Below the pieces are notes generated by a model. That model worked only from the letters and a program-made list of their open reading frames with translations, had not been told where the DNA came from and did not search any database. From NCBI GenBank assembly GCA_951406725.2, contig OX597820.1:117304001-117368000 (forward strand): a DNA stretch of 64,000 nt. Direction: 5' to 3'. The translations under genes were made by a program, and so were the position numbers. Positions 26,526-40,231 of this stretch are shown one piece after another. Within the stretch, counting starts at the first letter, position 1. Every line of letters begins with the position of its first letter. The stretch is from Octopus vulgaris (taxonomy: Eukaryota).

Positions 26526-27181
26526 AACCAAACACCAAATGTAGGAATAATTGGTTCCTGCTACTACACAGCCAGCTTTACTTTCATCCTCTCTCTCTCT
26601 CTCTCTGTCCTCATCCCTCACCTCCCTACCATTTACATCCTCTCTCTCCAACTCCTAGTCCTATTCACTTCTTTCTTGCTTCCACTGGTCATTTCTCTAC
26701 CTCTCTGACAAACCACTTGTCTCCAACCATTTAGAATTCTTCACTCTGCATGGCAACCAAACTTACAAATCACCGAGGTTTACTTATCCTCTACACGTCA
26801 CCTATTCCTCCCATTTTTCTAAAAAGGGAGCTCAGAGTACAGACACTCTTGGGAAAAGTATAATGGAGTGACTCAATACCAATCATTACTTAAAAAGCAC
26901 TTTATTTTACTGTCCCTGGGGAGATGATATGCAAAGCTGACTGTGGCAGGATTTGAACTCAGATCGTAACTAAATACCACATGATGTTTTATGTAATGCC
27001 TTAACATCTTAAACAGGGAAACAACACACTAGAAAATGAACTTTCAGACAGTCATAAAAGGTGGGCTGGTCTTGGCTGGATTGTCTTTAAGCATTTAAAC
27101 TGACCAAATATTCTACCTCTTTTATTATGTTCCTGCCAGCCAGAACCAGCCTCTCACACCTACCCTGCAATGTCATTTTAA

Positions 27182-27467
27182 CCCTTTAGTGTTCTGATTA
27201 TTGATTGATTGATTGATTGATTCTAGTTTCAGCTCATGAGCTGTGGCCATGCTGGGGCACTGCCATATTCTATCAAACATAATGCTTATTGATTCCCATT
27301 GATTTGAATTAATCATGCAGTATCTCATATCTTCAAGAGCTTGATGGTGTAATTACTTAACGTAGAATAACATTGTAGGGTAGGTGTGAGAGCCTGGATC
27401 TGGTCAGTTTGAACATAAAACAGATTAAATATTTTGGCCGGATATGGCCGGTTTAAATACTAAAGGG
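27182..27467 (-). mobile_element. piggyBac-type MITE, family 2 (nested in an older opposite-orientation copy at about 27087-27674)
   Basis: TTAA|CCCTTTAG...CTAAAGGG|TTAA; homologous to 31549-31771. Confidence 0.8.
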
Positions 27468-28639
27468 TTAAAGATGAGCAATCTATATACATATATGTAT
27501 ATACATCTATATGTATATACATCTATGTATATATGTATATACATCTATATGTATATAAATCTATGTATATATGTATATACATCTATATGTATATAAATCT
27601 ATGCAGGATTAATACAAAACAAGAGCCTGGATAAATAAGCATCACACTTGAAAGAGGGATCGGAACGTTGAAGGGTTAATCTTCGGCAGATCTACTCAAT
27701 TAGTATTTGCAGCAAGGTCAGCAAGAATATGAAAGAGAAGCATCAACGGCCAGCATTAAACCAACTTGGCTTTTACAAGTGTAACGATTATTCTAAGAAG
27801 CTTAGTTTTGATAAAGAGATTAATAAACATATCGAATGACCTGACGTATAAGATATAGTGCGAAGGATGGAGGGTGGGGTCGGTTAAGCAGGCCGGTCTC
27901 CTGGGGAGAGGGGGGTCGGTTAACAATGGGAAGAAGGGAGGGAGGTGCATCACCATTCACCAAAGGATTTATGAAATTCACCCTGAGAGTTTTAACAATG
28001 GTTTAGATGATGTGAGTGTGTGTGTTTCATGCATGTCCATATTTTATTTTTTTAATTTGTTTTTGAGAGAAAGTGGTCAATTGGTTCACAAGTAAAGAAA
28101 TAAAAATGTCTTGTGGTGTGGCTGTGTGGTAAGTTTACTTCCCAACCACATGGCTCCAGGTTCAGTCCCACTGCATAACACCTTAGGCAAATGTTTCTGC
28201 TATAGCCTTGTGAATGGATTTGGTTGACAGAAACCGAAAGAAGCCTGTTGTGTATACATACATGTGTGTGTGTGTACATGCACGTGGATGTGTTTGACCT
28301 CCAGCATCTTTTGACAACTGGTGTTTATGTGTCTATAACTTAGCAGTCCAGCAAAAATGACTAATAAAATAAGTACCAGGCTTAAGCATAAAAAAGTCCT
28401 AAAATTCTTCAAGGTGGTGCCCCAGCATGGCCATAGTTTAGTAACTGAAACAAGTAAAGGAATATATACCAACAAATAAATACGTGATTTAAACCGCATC
28501 ATCCTCAGGGATGTTTCACAAAATATCCTCATTGATGCAAAAATGAAATTTTCATAATCTCACACGAAGAGTAGACAGTACAAGGAACTGGACAATAATT
28601 TCTGTTTTACTTGGAATCTAATAAAGAGAACAGCATTAA

Positions 28640-28862
28640 CCCTTTTCGTTACCATATTTCTCTTAAGATGTTCTCTGTTTCTATCAATTAATTTTAAATA
28701 TAACAAAGAATTTAGTAAAATAACTTAGTTATCATTCAGCTAGTATTAGGAACATAAGTTGTGACTAAGGTTTGGTGGAAGATTTTAATTCAACACTTAT
28801 GAAAACAAGACATTTGTATTACAGAGCCAGAGGTGGTTTCAGCCAGGTTGGTAGCAAAAGGG
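28640..28862 (+). mobile_element. piggyBac-type MITE, family 1
   Basis: TTAA|CCCTTT...AAAGGG|TTAA; four homologous copies in the window. Confidence 0.85.
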
Positions 28863-28882
28863 TTAAATTAATCATTTGTTAA

Positions 28883-29104
28883 CCCTTTTGTTACCATACT
28901 TCTGTTGAGATGCTCTGTGTTTCTTTAAATTAATTTTAAATATAACAAAAAATTTAGTAAAATAACTTAGTTATCATTAAGATAGTATTAGGAACATAAA
29001 TTGTGACTAAGGTTTGGTGGAAGATTTTAATTCAGAACTTATGAAAACAAGACTTTTGTATTACAGAGCCAGAAGTGGTTTCAACCAGGTTGGTAGCAAA
29101 AGGG
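28883..29104 (+). mobile_element. piggyBac-type MITE, family 1
   Basis: TTAA-flanked copy 20 bp from the previous one. Confidence 0.85.
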
Positions 29105-30480
29105 TTAAGTCTCAGCCACTGATTCTTAACAATATATGATTGATATATTTAGATGTAGATTTATGGTGTAGGAAGACTGCTTCCCAAGCGCATGCTTTTA
29201 GGCACCCTGGACAAGTGTCTTCTACAATAGCCCTGGGCTGACTAAAGTCTTGTGAGGGGATTCAGTAGCTGGAAACTGAAACAAGCCTGTCATGTGTGTC
29301 TTCTTGCCTTGATATTGCGTGACAGCTGTAAATGAGTGTCACCATGTTAAGAGGTGTTCGTTTCTACTCTTCTGGTCATAGTGTTGGCAACTGGAAGGGC
29401 ATCCAGTTGCAGAAAATCCACCTCCTGACCAATGCAAGCATGGAAAGGTGGACGCTAAATGACAATGAGATTGTACCCTATTGGTGAAATATAATCGAAT
29501 GATATTTCATAAGACAGAAGACAGTCTTTAGTCGAGGCAGACAAACGTTTTAGTATCAGTGACTTGATAAGCAGGACAGAGTTCATGGTGGTAAATGGCT
29601 GGTAAGAAGAATGACATCTAGCTATAAAAAAACATGCCCCCTGACCCCCCCATAAGAAAAGCAGTGAGCTGTCAGAATTGTTAGCAGGTCAGGCAAAACG
29701 CTTAATGGTATGTTATCCAGCTCTTTACATTTTGAGTTCAAGTTTTGCCAAGGTCGACTTTGCCCTCCATTGTTTTAGCTGTCAGTAAAATATAACATCA
29801 AATACCGAGGTCAATGCAACCAACTTCCCCCCTCCCCTCAAAATTGCTGTCCTTGACTAATGCAACAGAGGAAATGTTGTGATCTCACTTATATGCCATA
29901 TAGACTGAGTAAGCAGTCTTAGGGGTCCTAAGGCTGAAGAAAAAAAAAAAAAATAGAATGAAAGCAGGAGAGATGGACTTAATAAGCTGTAGCACATGCA
30001 ATCCTTGATGAGAAAGTGTTTTGAGTTGTGAATTAGAAAAGTAAAAAAAAAAAAAAAAAAAAGCAGGGTAGCAGGAAGTGTTTAGTGCAACTGCAGATGA
30101 CCGCTCATGTAGCAGTGCTGCAACAAAATGCATCCAGTCCATAGTTTGAAGTGGTCAGTGATAGGAGGAATGGCATCAAAGTGTGGAAACCATGCTAAAA
30201 GCGTACACAACAACGATTGGCAGTTTTCTCTATTGTGCTTAGATGAGAAATGACTGAGGTATTTTGAGATCCATGAAACCCATGGTAGCACAACAAAACA
30301 GAGAACAAAATCAAAAGGAGGAAGGTGAGAGTTGGAGGAAAAACCAGGAGTTTTGTACTTTATTTATTCGGACAGTTCGCATAAAAACTGGCAGAGAATT
30401 TAAGAACGAATGACACCTTTACTTTCTGTATATCATATTGCTATGACATTAAATGGATAAATTATTGGATTCTTTTTATT

Positions 30481-30838
30481 CTTTTACTTGTTTCAGTCAT
30501 TTGACTGCGGCCATGCTGGAGCACCGCCTTTAGTCGAGCAAATCGACCCTGGGACTTATTCTTTGTAAGCCCAGTACTTATTCTTTCGCCGAACCACTAA
30601 GTGACGGGGACGTAAACACACCAGCATCAGTTGTCAAGCAATGCTAGGGGGACAAAACACATCACATATATATACAGACAGGCTTCTTTCAGTTTCCGTC
30701 TACCAAATCCACTCACAAGGCATTGGTCGGCCCGGGGCTATAGCAGAAGACACTTGCCTAAGATGCCACGCAGTGGGACTGAACCCGCAACCATGTGGTT
30801 GGTTAGCAAGCTACTTACCACACAGCTACTCCTGCGCC
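30481..30838 (-). mobile_element. SINE family A
   Basis: Homolog on the minus strand. Confidence 0.85.
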
Positions 30839-31548
30839 TATTGTCAACTCCTGATTTATAAGTTCAAGTCTGTCTTTGGGCAGTATACTTAAATTCATGT
30901 GGTTCAGTGGTTGGAGTATTCCACTCACAATTGCAAGACCATGGTTTCAATTCATGGACCAGGTGTGTTACGCTCTCCAGCAAAACACCTCATCTCACAA
31001 TGCTCTGCAATAACTTGGACATCTGGCGTAATACACACCGTGCACCTTTTCATGCAACATCGGTTTGGTGGAGGGGATGAGCTAATGTGCAGCACAAACA
31101 TTTCATCATGATATATAAATCATTTATGCAGGTTAAACAGCAAGAAATCAGAGAACCCTTACCTGTCGTTTATGACAGGTGAGTCCAACATACACCTGTA
31201 CCTAACGGATATGATGGAATCATATCCGTTAAGTAGAGATATGATGGAATTTAAGAATATTGCCGGTGAGAGACTCATATTCTATCCAGAAGCAAATTTA
31301 TCATCCATAGGTTCAACAATATTGAGTCTAGAGCTAAACTGAATGTAGATGGAACCTAAACCGTGTTGTTATAAAAGTCCATGGCCACCATAATTTATGG
31401 AGAGATTAAATGATGTGTAAGAATTAACCAAAAAGGGGGACAAGAGTGAGAAGGAATTAATGGGGAATCTCAAAATCTAACACTTTCAAAATTGTTCTGT
31501 CTGTCTTTCTCGACAGGTAAAACTAAACTAATACTTTAAAGGATTTAA

Positions 31549-31771
31549 CCCTTTAGCATTTAACCCTTTAACCATATCTGGCCCAAATTTTCTACTTCTT
31601 TTATGTTCAAACCATCCTGATCTGGCCTCTCACGCATATCCTACAACGACATCCTCAAAATAAACCATCTCATCATCAAATTCTCAGAGCTACAAGATGA
31701 TGCAGGATTAATTCAAAACAATGTGAATGAAAAAGCATTATATTTGACAGAATAATCTGAACGCTAAAGGG
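31549..31771 (+). mobile_element. piggyBac-type MITE, family 2
   Basis: TTAA|CCCTTTAGC...GCTAAAGGG|TTAA; decayed or partial copies at about 36170-36383 and 54766-54920. Confidence 0.8.
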
Positions 31772-32880
31772 TTAAGGATGGAAGAGGATCATAAGCAAGT
31801 AATAGTTTCTGACATGGGACCAGCGCCAGAAATTTATAAGAGAGTGGTCAACCAAATGAACCCCCAGTTCATCACTGGTATCTATCATGAAAGGCAAAAG
31901 TTAACCCTGGTAAAGTTTAAACTCAGAACATAGGAAGTCAGAACTAACTATAGACAATCATTTAGTCAAATGCCCTACTATTTCCGATGTACTCACTTGA
32001 AGTGGCAGTGTGGTGGGAAGTTTACGTCCTGACCTAATGGTTCTGGATTCAGTTCCAATGTGTGCACCTTGGGCAAGTGTCTTCTACTATAGCCTTGAGT
32101 TGACCAAAGCCTTGCAAGTGGATTTGGAAGATAGAAACTGAAAGAAGCCTATCATATATGTACGTGTGTGTGTGTGTGTGTGTTCCCTACCACTGGAGTT
32201 GGTTTGTTTACACTCCCATAACTTAGCAGTTCAACAAAATAGACCTATACAATAAGTATTAGGCTTTAAAAAAAGTCCTGGGGTTCAATTCATTTGACTA
32301 AAATTCATCAAGGCTGTGCCCCAGCATGGCCACAGTCTAATGACTGAAACAAGTAAATGATATATTTCTATGAAATTCGACAAATATAATGGCTTTAAGT
32401 TAACAACAAGAAAAGCAAATGCTAAACCCGGTTCTATCTAATTCTAAGAAATCTTCACTTAATGTTTGATGGTATTCCATTGCTGTAAATGATAGTTCTT
32501 TTTTGGAAATAAAATGGAATTATGACAGAATATTTCTTTTGTAAACTTCAAAGCCAGCATGAAAACAAAGCTAACCATAAAATAATCCATATCAGGAAAA
32601 TGAAGAGAGATTAATGGTCTTTCAGAACAACTTCTTGGATAATCAAAATGAATGAGAGAATACTAAAACGGTACGGAACTCCTCGTGTTTCTTGTCATAA
32701 ATTCTTAACACAATAGCAATGTAAAAGGACAAAATGTTGCCAAACGAAATGGTTTTCAAGAATACCATCAAAGAATCAAAAAATTTCAAGAGTTGAGAAA
32801 TCTATAGAGAACATTCAGGAATTTTATGATGAAACAAACTGCAACAGAATATATTTATGTATATATATATATATATACAT

Positions 32881-32919
<39 letters not shown>

Positions 32920-32950
32920 TACTTTATTTAAAAGCAGCATAAATATCACA

Positions 32951-32996
32951 AAAACTGTTACTCAGAGTTTCACGTTCCTGTTCATCAGACAGTTTT
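32951..32996 (-). ncRNA. Minimal hammerhead ribozyme in a short pLTR fragment
   Basis: Minus strand aaaactgt-CTGATGA-acaggaacgt-GAAA-ctctgag-TA-acagtttt, with an 8-bp stem I. Related to the 1201/25141 family. Confidence 0.72.
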
Positions 32997-33062
32997 GTTA
33001 GAATATACATACATATAGGTATATATATATACATACATACATATATACATACATATATATAT

Positions 33063-33605
33063 ATAACGGGAAGGTTTACAAAAATAAACAAAAGACAAAG
33101 GCAGGTGGAGTACAAACAAACAATTGTATTAGTATGGCGCTCAGGAATAGAAATAGAACAAGTATTTTACGTTTCGAGCCTACGCTCTTCGACAGAAAGA
33201 TACACAGAAAAAAACAAGGAGAGAAAAAATGCGTGTAGGAGCTAACGATCTATCATGGCGTCCTGACAGTGGTCAGACGAGAGAACAGTAGGGGAGATAA
33301 CAGGGTCAAGTGACTTCCAAAACGAAGGTGCCCTCAATACAAAGGTGCATGTGTGTATAAGAGAGTATGTATGTGTGTGTGAAAGAGCGTATGTGTATAA
33401 GAGTATGTATGTGCATGTGAAAGAGGGCTGGTGGTCTGGACGTGTGTGTGTATGTATGTGTGGGTGTTGTGTTGTGATATGATGTGTGTATGTGTAAAGA
33501 TGTGGGGATGGGTGTGCTGGAGGGAGGAGAGGAGGAGGGGGAGTGAGGTGGAGGTGAGGAGGGAAAGTGGTAGGGAGAGGAGGAGGAGGAGAGAGAGAAG
33601 GGATA
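33063..33605 (-). mobile_element. PLE 3' region/pLTR with hammerhead-like motif (33163-33200) and a CT/CA-rich upstream tract
   Basis: Reverse complement of the 4925-5140 family. Core CTGTCGA-a-gagc gtag gctc-GAAA-cg-TA. Confidence 0.6.
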
Positions 33606-33696
33606 TACATACAGACACATATATATATATATACATACATACATATGTATGTATATATATATATATATGCACATGTATATATATATATATATACAC

Positions 33697-33735
<39 letters not shown>

Positions 33736-33918
33736 CACACACACACATATATATATATATACATACATACACACACACATATATATATATACATACACAC
33801 ATACACACGCATATATATACATACACACATACACACGCATATATATACATACACACATACACATGCATATATATACATACACACATATACATACATATAT
33901 ATATATATATATATACAT

Positions 33919-33951
<33 letters not shown>

Positions 33952-33963
33952 CATATATGCATG

Positions 33964-33999
<36 letters not shown>

Positions 34000-34019
34000 C
34001 ATACATACATATATATATA
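33603..34019. repeat. Compound TA/CA microsatellite
   Basis: Direct reading. Confidence 0.95.
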
Positions 34020-34619
34020 GTGGAAGTTACTTATTATAATCATGAATATTGTTATCAAAATTTGGGGGTCCAAACAGCTTCCGCTTAATGTTATCATTGT
34101 CCAAAAGGCTTTGTCTCAAAGTGATTACAATATGCAGCTTCTACTGTATATCATTCATAAGAGATAATTTTGTTTTAGAATAACTCCACTGCATGTATGT
34201 GTACGTGTAAATATGAATGTGTGCATGTGTGTGTGTTTGTGCATGTGTGTGTGAGAGAGAGAGAGAGAGAGAGTTTGTGTGCATGTGTGTGTAACCTCTA
34301 AATCTCTCATTCCATGGTCAACCATCTAAAATTCATTTTGGTCAGTAATTATTTCTCTTTAGACTATATTTCTCTGCAGCAGCATCACACACACATCTTA
34401 TTAACATTTAGCAGAGTGACTCACATACATATACAGAGAGAGAGGGGGGAAAGAAATAATGACAGCAAGTAATTAAATATTATATGAAGGGGCAGCTTCA
34501 AGTTACTTTTTCTGATTTAGAAAAAACAATTATACTAAGCAATTTGTTGATAGACTTAAGGGCTTATGACAGAAAAAAAGTTAAGGGAATCAATAATGAT
34601 GTGAGCCAAATTTTTTCTA

Positions 34620-35172
34620 TATAAGCACCACCTGAATATGGCTGATGCCAGTGCCGCCTTGACTGGCTTCCATGCCGGTGGCATGTAGAAAGCACCATCC
34701 GATCGTGGTCAATGCGAGCCCCCCCTGGGCCCTGTGCTGGTGGCACGTAAAAAGCACCATCCGATCATGGTCGATGCTAGCCCTCCCTGGGCCCTGTGCT
34801 GGTGGCACATAAAAAGCACCATCCGATCATGGTCGATGCTAGCCCTCCCTGGGCCCTGTGCTGGTGGCACGTAAAAAGCACCATCCGATCATGGTCGATG
34901 CTAGCCCTCTCTGGGCCCTGTGCTGGTGACACGTAAAAAGCACCATCCGATCATGATCGATGCCAACCCCTCTGGCTCCCATGCTAGTGGCACATAAAAA
35001 AGCACTCACTACACTCTCAGAGTGGTTGGCATTAGGAAGGGCAGCCAGCTGTAGAAACCTTGGCAGATCAGATTGGGGCCTGGTGCAGCCTCCGGGCTTC
35101 ACAGACCCCAGTCGAACCGTCCAACCCATGGAAAACAGACATTAAACAATGATGATGATGATGATGATGATG
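34620..35172 (+). mobile_element. Retroposon family C with an internal ~59-bp tandem array and (GAT)n tail
   Basis: Repeats of tgctggtggcacgtaaaaagcaccatccgatcatggtcgatgc, then gagtggttggcattaggaagggc...cgtccaacccatg...gatgatgat. Confidence 0.8.
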
Positions 35173-36547
35173 ATAATAAGGAAAAATCCTCAAAGATACA
35201 ATCTAGTTTTATAGAGTTTAATAACAAACCTGATTAAATTATGAAAATTTTTTTTTTAAAAGTGAAAACAAAAACAATAAAAACAATGATAAAAGATTCA
35301 TAAACAAATCAAATAAAATAAAATAAATTAAAGAAAACACACTTTTTAAGATTGTTTTTAATATGAAAACAAAATAAAAGTGATACAAAAAAAATAATTA
35401 AAACAAACCTGTATATAAATGAAACTGATTATAATAAAAGGATAATAATACTGTAAGCACAAGATTAGAAATTATGGGGGGCGGGGGGCTGGGGGCTGGT
35501 CAATGACATCCTCCCCACCTCACCTCCAGGACTCAACTGATACTTTATCAATCCCAAAAGGAAGAAAGGCAAAGTTGACCTTGGTGGTATTTGAACTCAG
35601 AACATGAAGACAGATGAAATGCCACTTCTAGCATATTGCTTGGCATGCTTAACCACTCTGCCAGCTTGCCACCATGATGGTGATAATAATAATAATAATA
35701 ATAATCTTTTCTACTATAGGTACAAGGTCTGAAATTTGGGGGAGGGCGCTACTCAATTATATCAACCCCCAGTATTTCACTGGTACTAAACTTATTGATC
35801 CCCAAAAGGATGAAAAGCAAAGTCGACCTTCACAGAATTTGAACTCAGAACATGGTGGTAGACGAAATACTGCTAAGCATTTTGCTCAGCATGCTAACAA
35901 TTCTGCCAGTTCACTGCCTTCAAAAACAACAACAATAACAATAATAATAATAATAATAATAATATACCACTAGAGCACTAAATAGTGAAAAAAATAAAAG
36001 TTTATAGTTTTGAAGTAACTTAGAAATATAAACATATTTTTTTTTCCCATTTCGACCTGAGGTTAATCCTAAAAATTTGTCATTCATTTAAAATTAATTG
36101 AATTCCATTAAAAATAATGAATAAGCAAAAATTTCTGAAGTTTGTGGGTGAAAGATTGTATTGTTGACTCTTCAGATTCCTTTGTTAAATTAAAAGCTTA
36201 TTGGTCCACATATTTTTGAATTAATCTTGGCTTATCTCACAGCATTGAGATTTTGATGATGTGATTATTTAGTTTTAGAATGGCATTGTAGAGGAGGTGT
36301 GAAAGGCTGGATCTGGCAATACTTAACATAAAAATAGGTGGAATATTTTGGTGAGTTATGGCTGGTCTAAATGCTAAAGGGTGAAATAAAAGTGAAGAAT
36401 GAGAACAAAAGTCTATGAGGGCCAGAAGTGGATGTAAGTGAAATGATTACATGGAGACACCAGACACTAGATTACAGAACCAGCACACCGATGTAGTAGT
36501 AGCAGTAGTAGTCATCGATCTTAAACTAGAGGTAAAATAGAGAAAAA

Positions 36548-37277
36548 CGGTCAATATAAAATTTTTCACCCAGGAACAAAAAAAGAATTAACCAGCCTAG
36601 GGGGTTGTTAACAAGCGTATGGAAAGCGAATATGAAAAAAAAAATGCATGCTGACGCCCCCCCCCCCCCGGTGGGGGGGGGGGACTTTCAGAAAATTCAC
36701 AAGATCCGATTATCCCATCAAATTCAGGTAAAATGGAGGAACCAATTCTGAAAAAAATTTTTTTTTTTAAAATCACTCAAAATTTCATTATGTTATCGCA
36801 GTTTTGTGAGATTTGGCTGTTATTTCTAGCATGTGGATAGCCGGCTTGAAGGCCTGTGGGTATGTGTTCTTTTTTTTTCTTTTTATTCTTGTTGAAAAAT
36901 TGAAATTTTACAAATTTTTTTCAGAATCATAATCAAAAAAAAAAAAAATTATTTCCGGAAAAAATGAAAAGTGAAAAGGTGGGGATTGAAATTTTGAAAA
37001 TGCGATTAAAAAAAAATTTTTTTTCAGAATCGGTTCCTCCATAACCAAAAACGTGGGATTCGTAAAAAAAAAAAAAAATCAATATATATCCACTTTACCT
37101 GAATTTATAACAGAAAAATCGGATCTTGTGAATTTTCCAAAAGTCCCTTCCCAACGCCCCCAGGGTCATCAGCTTGCATTTTGTTTTTCATATTTGTTTT
37201 CCATACACTTATTAACACCCACCAGGCTGGTTAATTTGTTTTGTTTTGTTCCCGGGTGAAGGTCTTTATATTGACCG
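36548..37277. mobile_element. Long-TIR foldback non-autonomous DNA element
   Basis: Ends cggtcaatataaa / tttatattgaccg; imperfect inverted arms of about 240-290 bp (36548-36788 vs 36988-37277); AAAAA on both flanks. Superfamily not assigned. Confidence 0.8.
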
Positions 37278-37611
37278 AAAAAGCTGGGTGAGTTAATGAA
37301 CCACTTTGATAAACCAAAGACCAAATTAACAGACTTTAAAATAATCACCTTCAGCTCTGTCTCCAAACCAAATAAATCTTTCATTTTCCATAATGTTCTT
37401 CTGAAATAACTTTGAAACTACCAAAGAAAGAATAATTTTAGCTGTTATTTCTATACTTTATCACCAAATTTTGTTGGGGTTTTTTTTCTGGATATCTTAG
37501 AACACTATATAAATAACTGGACTTTCTCAGATTAAAAACAGGATGTTGCTAGGCCTTAACCCTAGACCATACAAAGATTCTGTGGTAGTTTAATTGGAGA
37601 ATAATGAAATT

Positions 37612-37643
<32 letters not shown>

Positions 37644-37769
37644 TTATATACATACATATCTGTAATATGCGTACATATATACATGTTGGAGTATAAAGCA
37701 CCATTCATTCCTCTGACCATTTCCTTTAGTTGTTTGTCTTAATACATATTCTTAACCTTTGTTTATACC

Positions 37770-37806
<37 letters not shown>

Positions 37807-38020
37807 GCACACACACACACATGCACACACCATATTTATTCATACATATACTCTGTTGTTATAAAAGATAAAAGAACAAAAAAAAAACACAAAATATTGA
37901 TTAAATGTTTGATTCAATGTATTTCTGTTTGAGTTTTTTTATTATTATTATTATTATTATCTTTCTGATTTATTTTGATTTTTGGCCGGAAATTTTTTCA
38001 GTTTGATGGGTGGTCATCAG

Positions 38021-38636
38021 CTAACCCTCCTTATTGTTCCCTGTCCTTTTACGTTTAGACTTCCTGGAATTCATCTTATCCAAGTATTCTAAACGCCGAA
38101 AGAATAAATTTTTTGCAAAATCATAAAATATCATATCTATTTTGTTGAGTGTGGTAATTTGAACAAGTTGGTTCCATGTGAGATTCACTCTGTTGCTACG
38201 TGTGTAATTATATTGTTCAAAATCTTCATGAAAATTTAAGTGGAACGTACTTTCAAATAACTTCTGAGATTGTAACTGAAATTCTGTCATTCCAAAGAAA
38301 GCCATATTTAATAGATTTTCTTTGGCGCTTTCCAACATAATATCATTTCTTTCTTTCTCACTCATCTCAGTACGATTATAACAATTCACTTTGCTCAAAT
38401 TGGCAAGCATTCGGACTTGTCTGTTGACGGCCATATTACTTGGGCATTCCAGGAAAGAGTCCAACGAGACGTTGCGCCAGTTACTGCCCTTATAACAAAA
38501 GGGTACTTCTTCAAGAGTGGCGTCGTTACCATTGCAACGGTAATTGGTTGACTTCCAAGTAGCACCACGAAATACATGCCGCCACTCACTCAGGTATCGA
38601 TGGACCGGATGACGTAAAAATGTAATGTACTTATAT
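38021..38636 (-). CDS. HS6ST: Heparan-sulfate 6-O-sulfotransferase, terminal coding exon (partial gene)
   Basis: Polypyrimidine acceptor ctctctttctctttgtag|A at 38636, then an open frame YKYITFLRHPVHRYLSEWRHVFRGATWK...CNG...EEVPFCYKGSNW...FLECPSNMAVNRQVRMLANLSKVNCYN...LESAKENLLNMAFFGMTEFQ...LFESTFHLNF...TAG. Matches HS6ST hallmarks (LRxPxxRYLSEWRHVxRGATW 3'-phosphate-binding region, CxxNLAxNRQxRMLAxL, AKxNLxxMAFFGLTE). Confidence 0.95.
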
Positions 38637-39629
38637 CTACAAAGAGAAAGAGAGAGAGTAGGATATTAGAAATGCATGAAAAACATGATAGAAACATCAT
38701 GAAAAAAAAACGAATACAATTTATTAACGAACTGACCTGAAGCATCACTGGTTACAAAGTAGTCGCCATTTTATGGCATTATTTTAAAATTTAAATTCAA
38801 CTCCTTTGTAAACATACTTTTAATGAAATAAACTACACTCTCGGAGTGGTTGGCATTAGGAAGGGCATCCAGCTGTAGAAACTCTGCCAGATCAAGATTG
38901 GAGCCTGGTGCAGCCATCTGGCTCGCCAGCCCTCAGTCAAAATCGTCCAACCCATGCTAGCAAGGAAAGCGGATGTTAAATGATGATGATGATGATGATG
39001 AAACTGTTTTAATTAATTTTGAAAACAAGTATTTGAAGAGATTAAATAAAAACAAACAATTTATAGGTTGTTGCTGTTTAACCCAAGGACAGTCTTACTG
39101 AAGCTGACCTACGATCAAAGACAATCAACTTGTGACCAACTTGTCTTTTTAGGTATAAGTAAGGCTACATTGCCTAAAATGTCCTTTACTTACTTAAGAT
39201 GACAGGATGCAATTTGAGGAGAGAGATTTGGTTACTGCTTTTAACAAGTGTAGTGACCACATAGAGGGTCCTTCTGCAATAGTATATTAAATTGGTGTCT
39301 AGAACCAAACTTACCCCTCCTGAAAACAGCCCACCTGAGATCACTCCTTCATTCAATAATACAAATTTTTTGTCTATCTCTGAGAATGTGAAATCATGCC
39401 AAGACACCGGTGTCTGATTGGCCCTGATGAGGGAATGAGTGTGTTGTTAGGATGAAGTCATTCTCCAGGATGAAATCTAGCAATCTAAAGTTGTGTTCTC
39501 ATTTAAGTCTGTTGAAAAATGTCAGGAATAGGTGCATGCACACACACACACACACACACACACACACCATACTTGAATTTAAAGTATTTATTTGTCAATT
39601 GTCATACAAATAATATAAATGTTGTGTAA

Positions 39630-39850
39630 GCTCTGCTGGGCTGGACATGTCACAAGGTTCATAGACAACAGGTGGACTTGTGCAATTGTTGAGTGGCATC
39701 CAAGGTATTATAAAAAGGCCACTAGGAAAGCCTTCCACAACAATGGGAAGATGGTTTAGTCAAGCAATTTGAGTCAAGGTAGAACAGAATGGAGCAATCA
39801 AGACAATTGGACATCGTGACTAGTGGTATTTAACGGAATCTGATGATCTG
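39630..39850 (+). mobile_element. Degenerate RTE LINE 3' remnant
   Basis: LCWAGHVTRFIDNRWTCAIVEWHPR matches the WAGHVAR..DNRWT...EW.PR motif. Confidence 0.7.
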
Positions 39851-40231
39851 GCCAATACTGTTGTAATATAAATGCTACATATATAAAAGATAAACATCTT
39901 CAATTTCATTCCATAGTGAAGATTTGTTTTAACAGGTTTCATGATGATGATGATGATGCATAAACCATAGTGGAAGGTGATGAGTTCACAGAAATGGTCA
40001 AGAAATAAACAAAATTCCTGGATACAGCAAGTTTACAACTCAGGGAAATATTGAGCTGATTCAATTGACTACCGTTGCTTCCACAAAAGTGAAGCCTTGC
40101 AGCTCTCTTTGTGATCAGTATCACAGAAGAGCAGTCTTTTGGAACATCAGATATACTCCCAAAGAATGTAAATAATTGACAGCAAATACAATTTAAAGAA
40201 GAAAAAAAAAGGCTCAACAAGAACAGATTAA

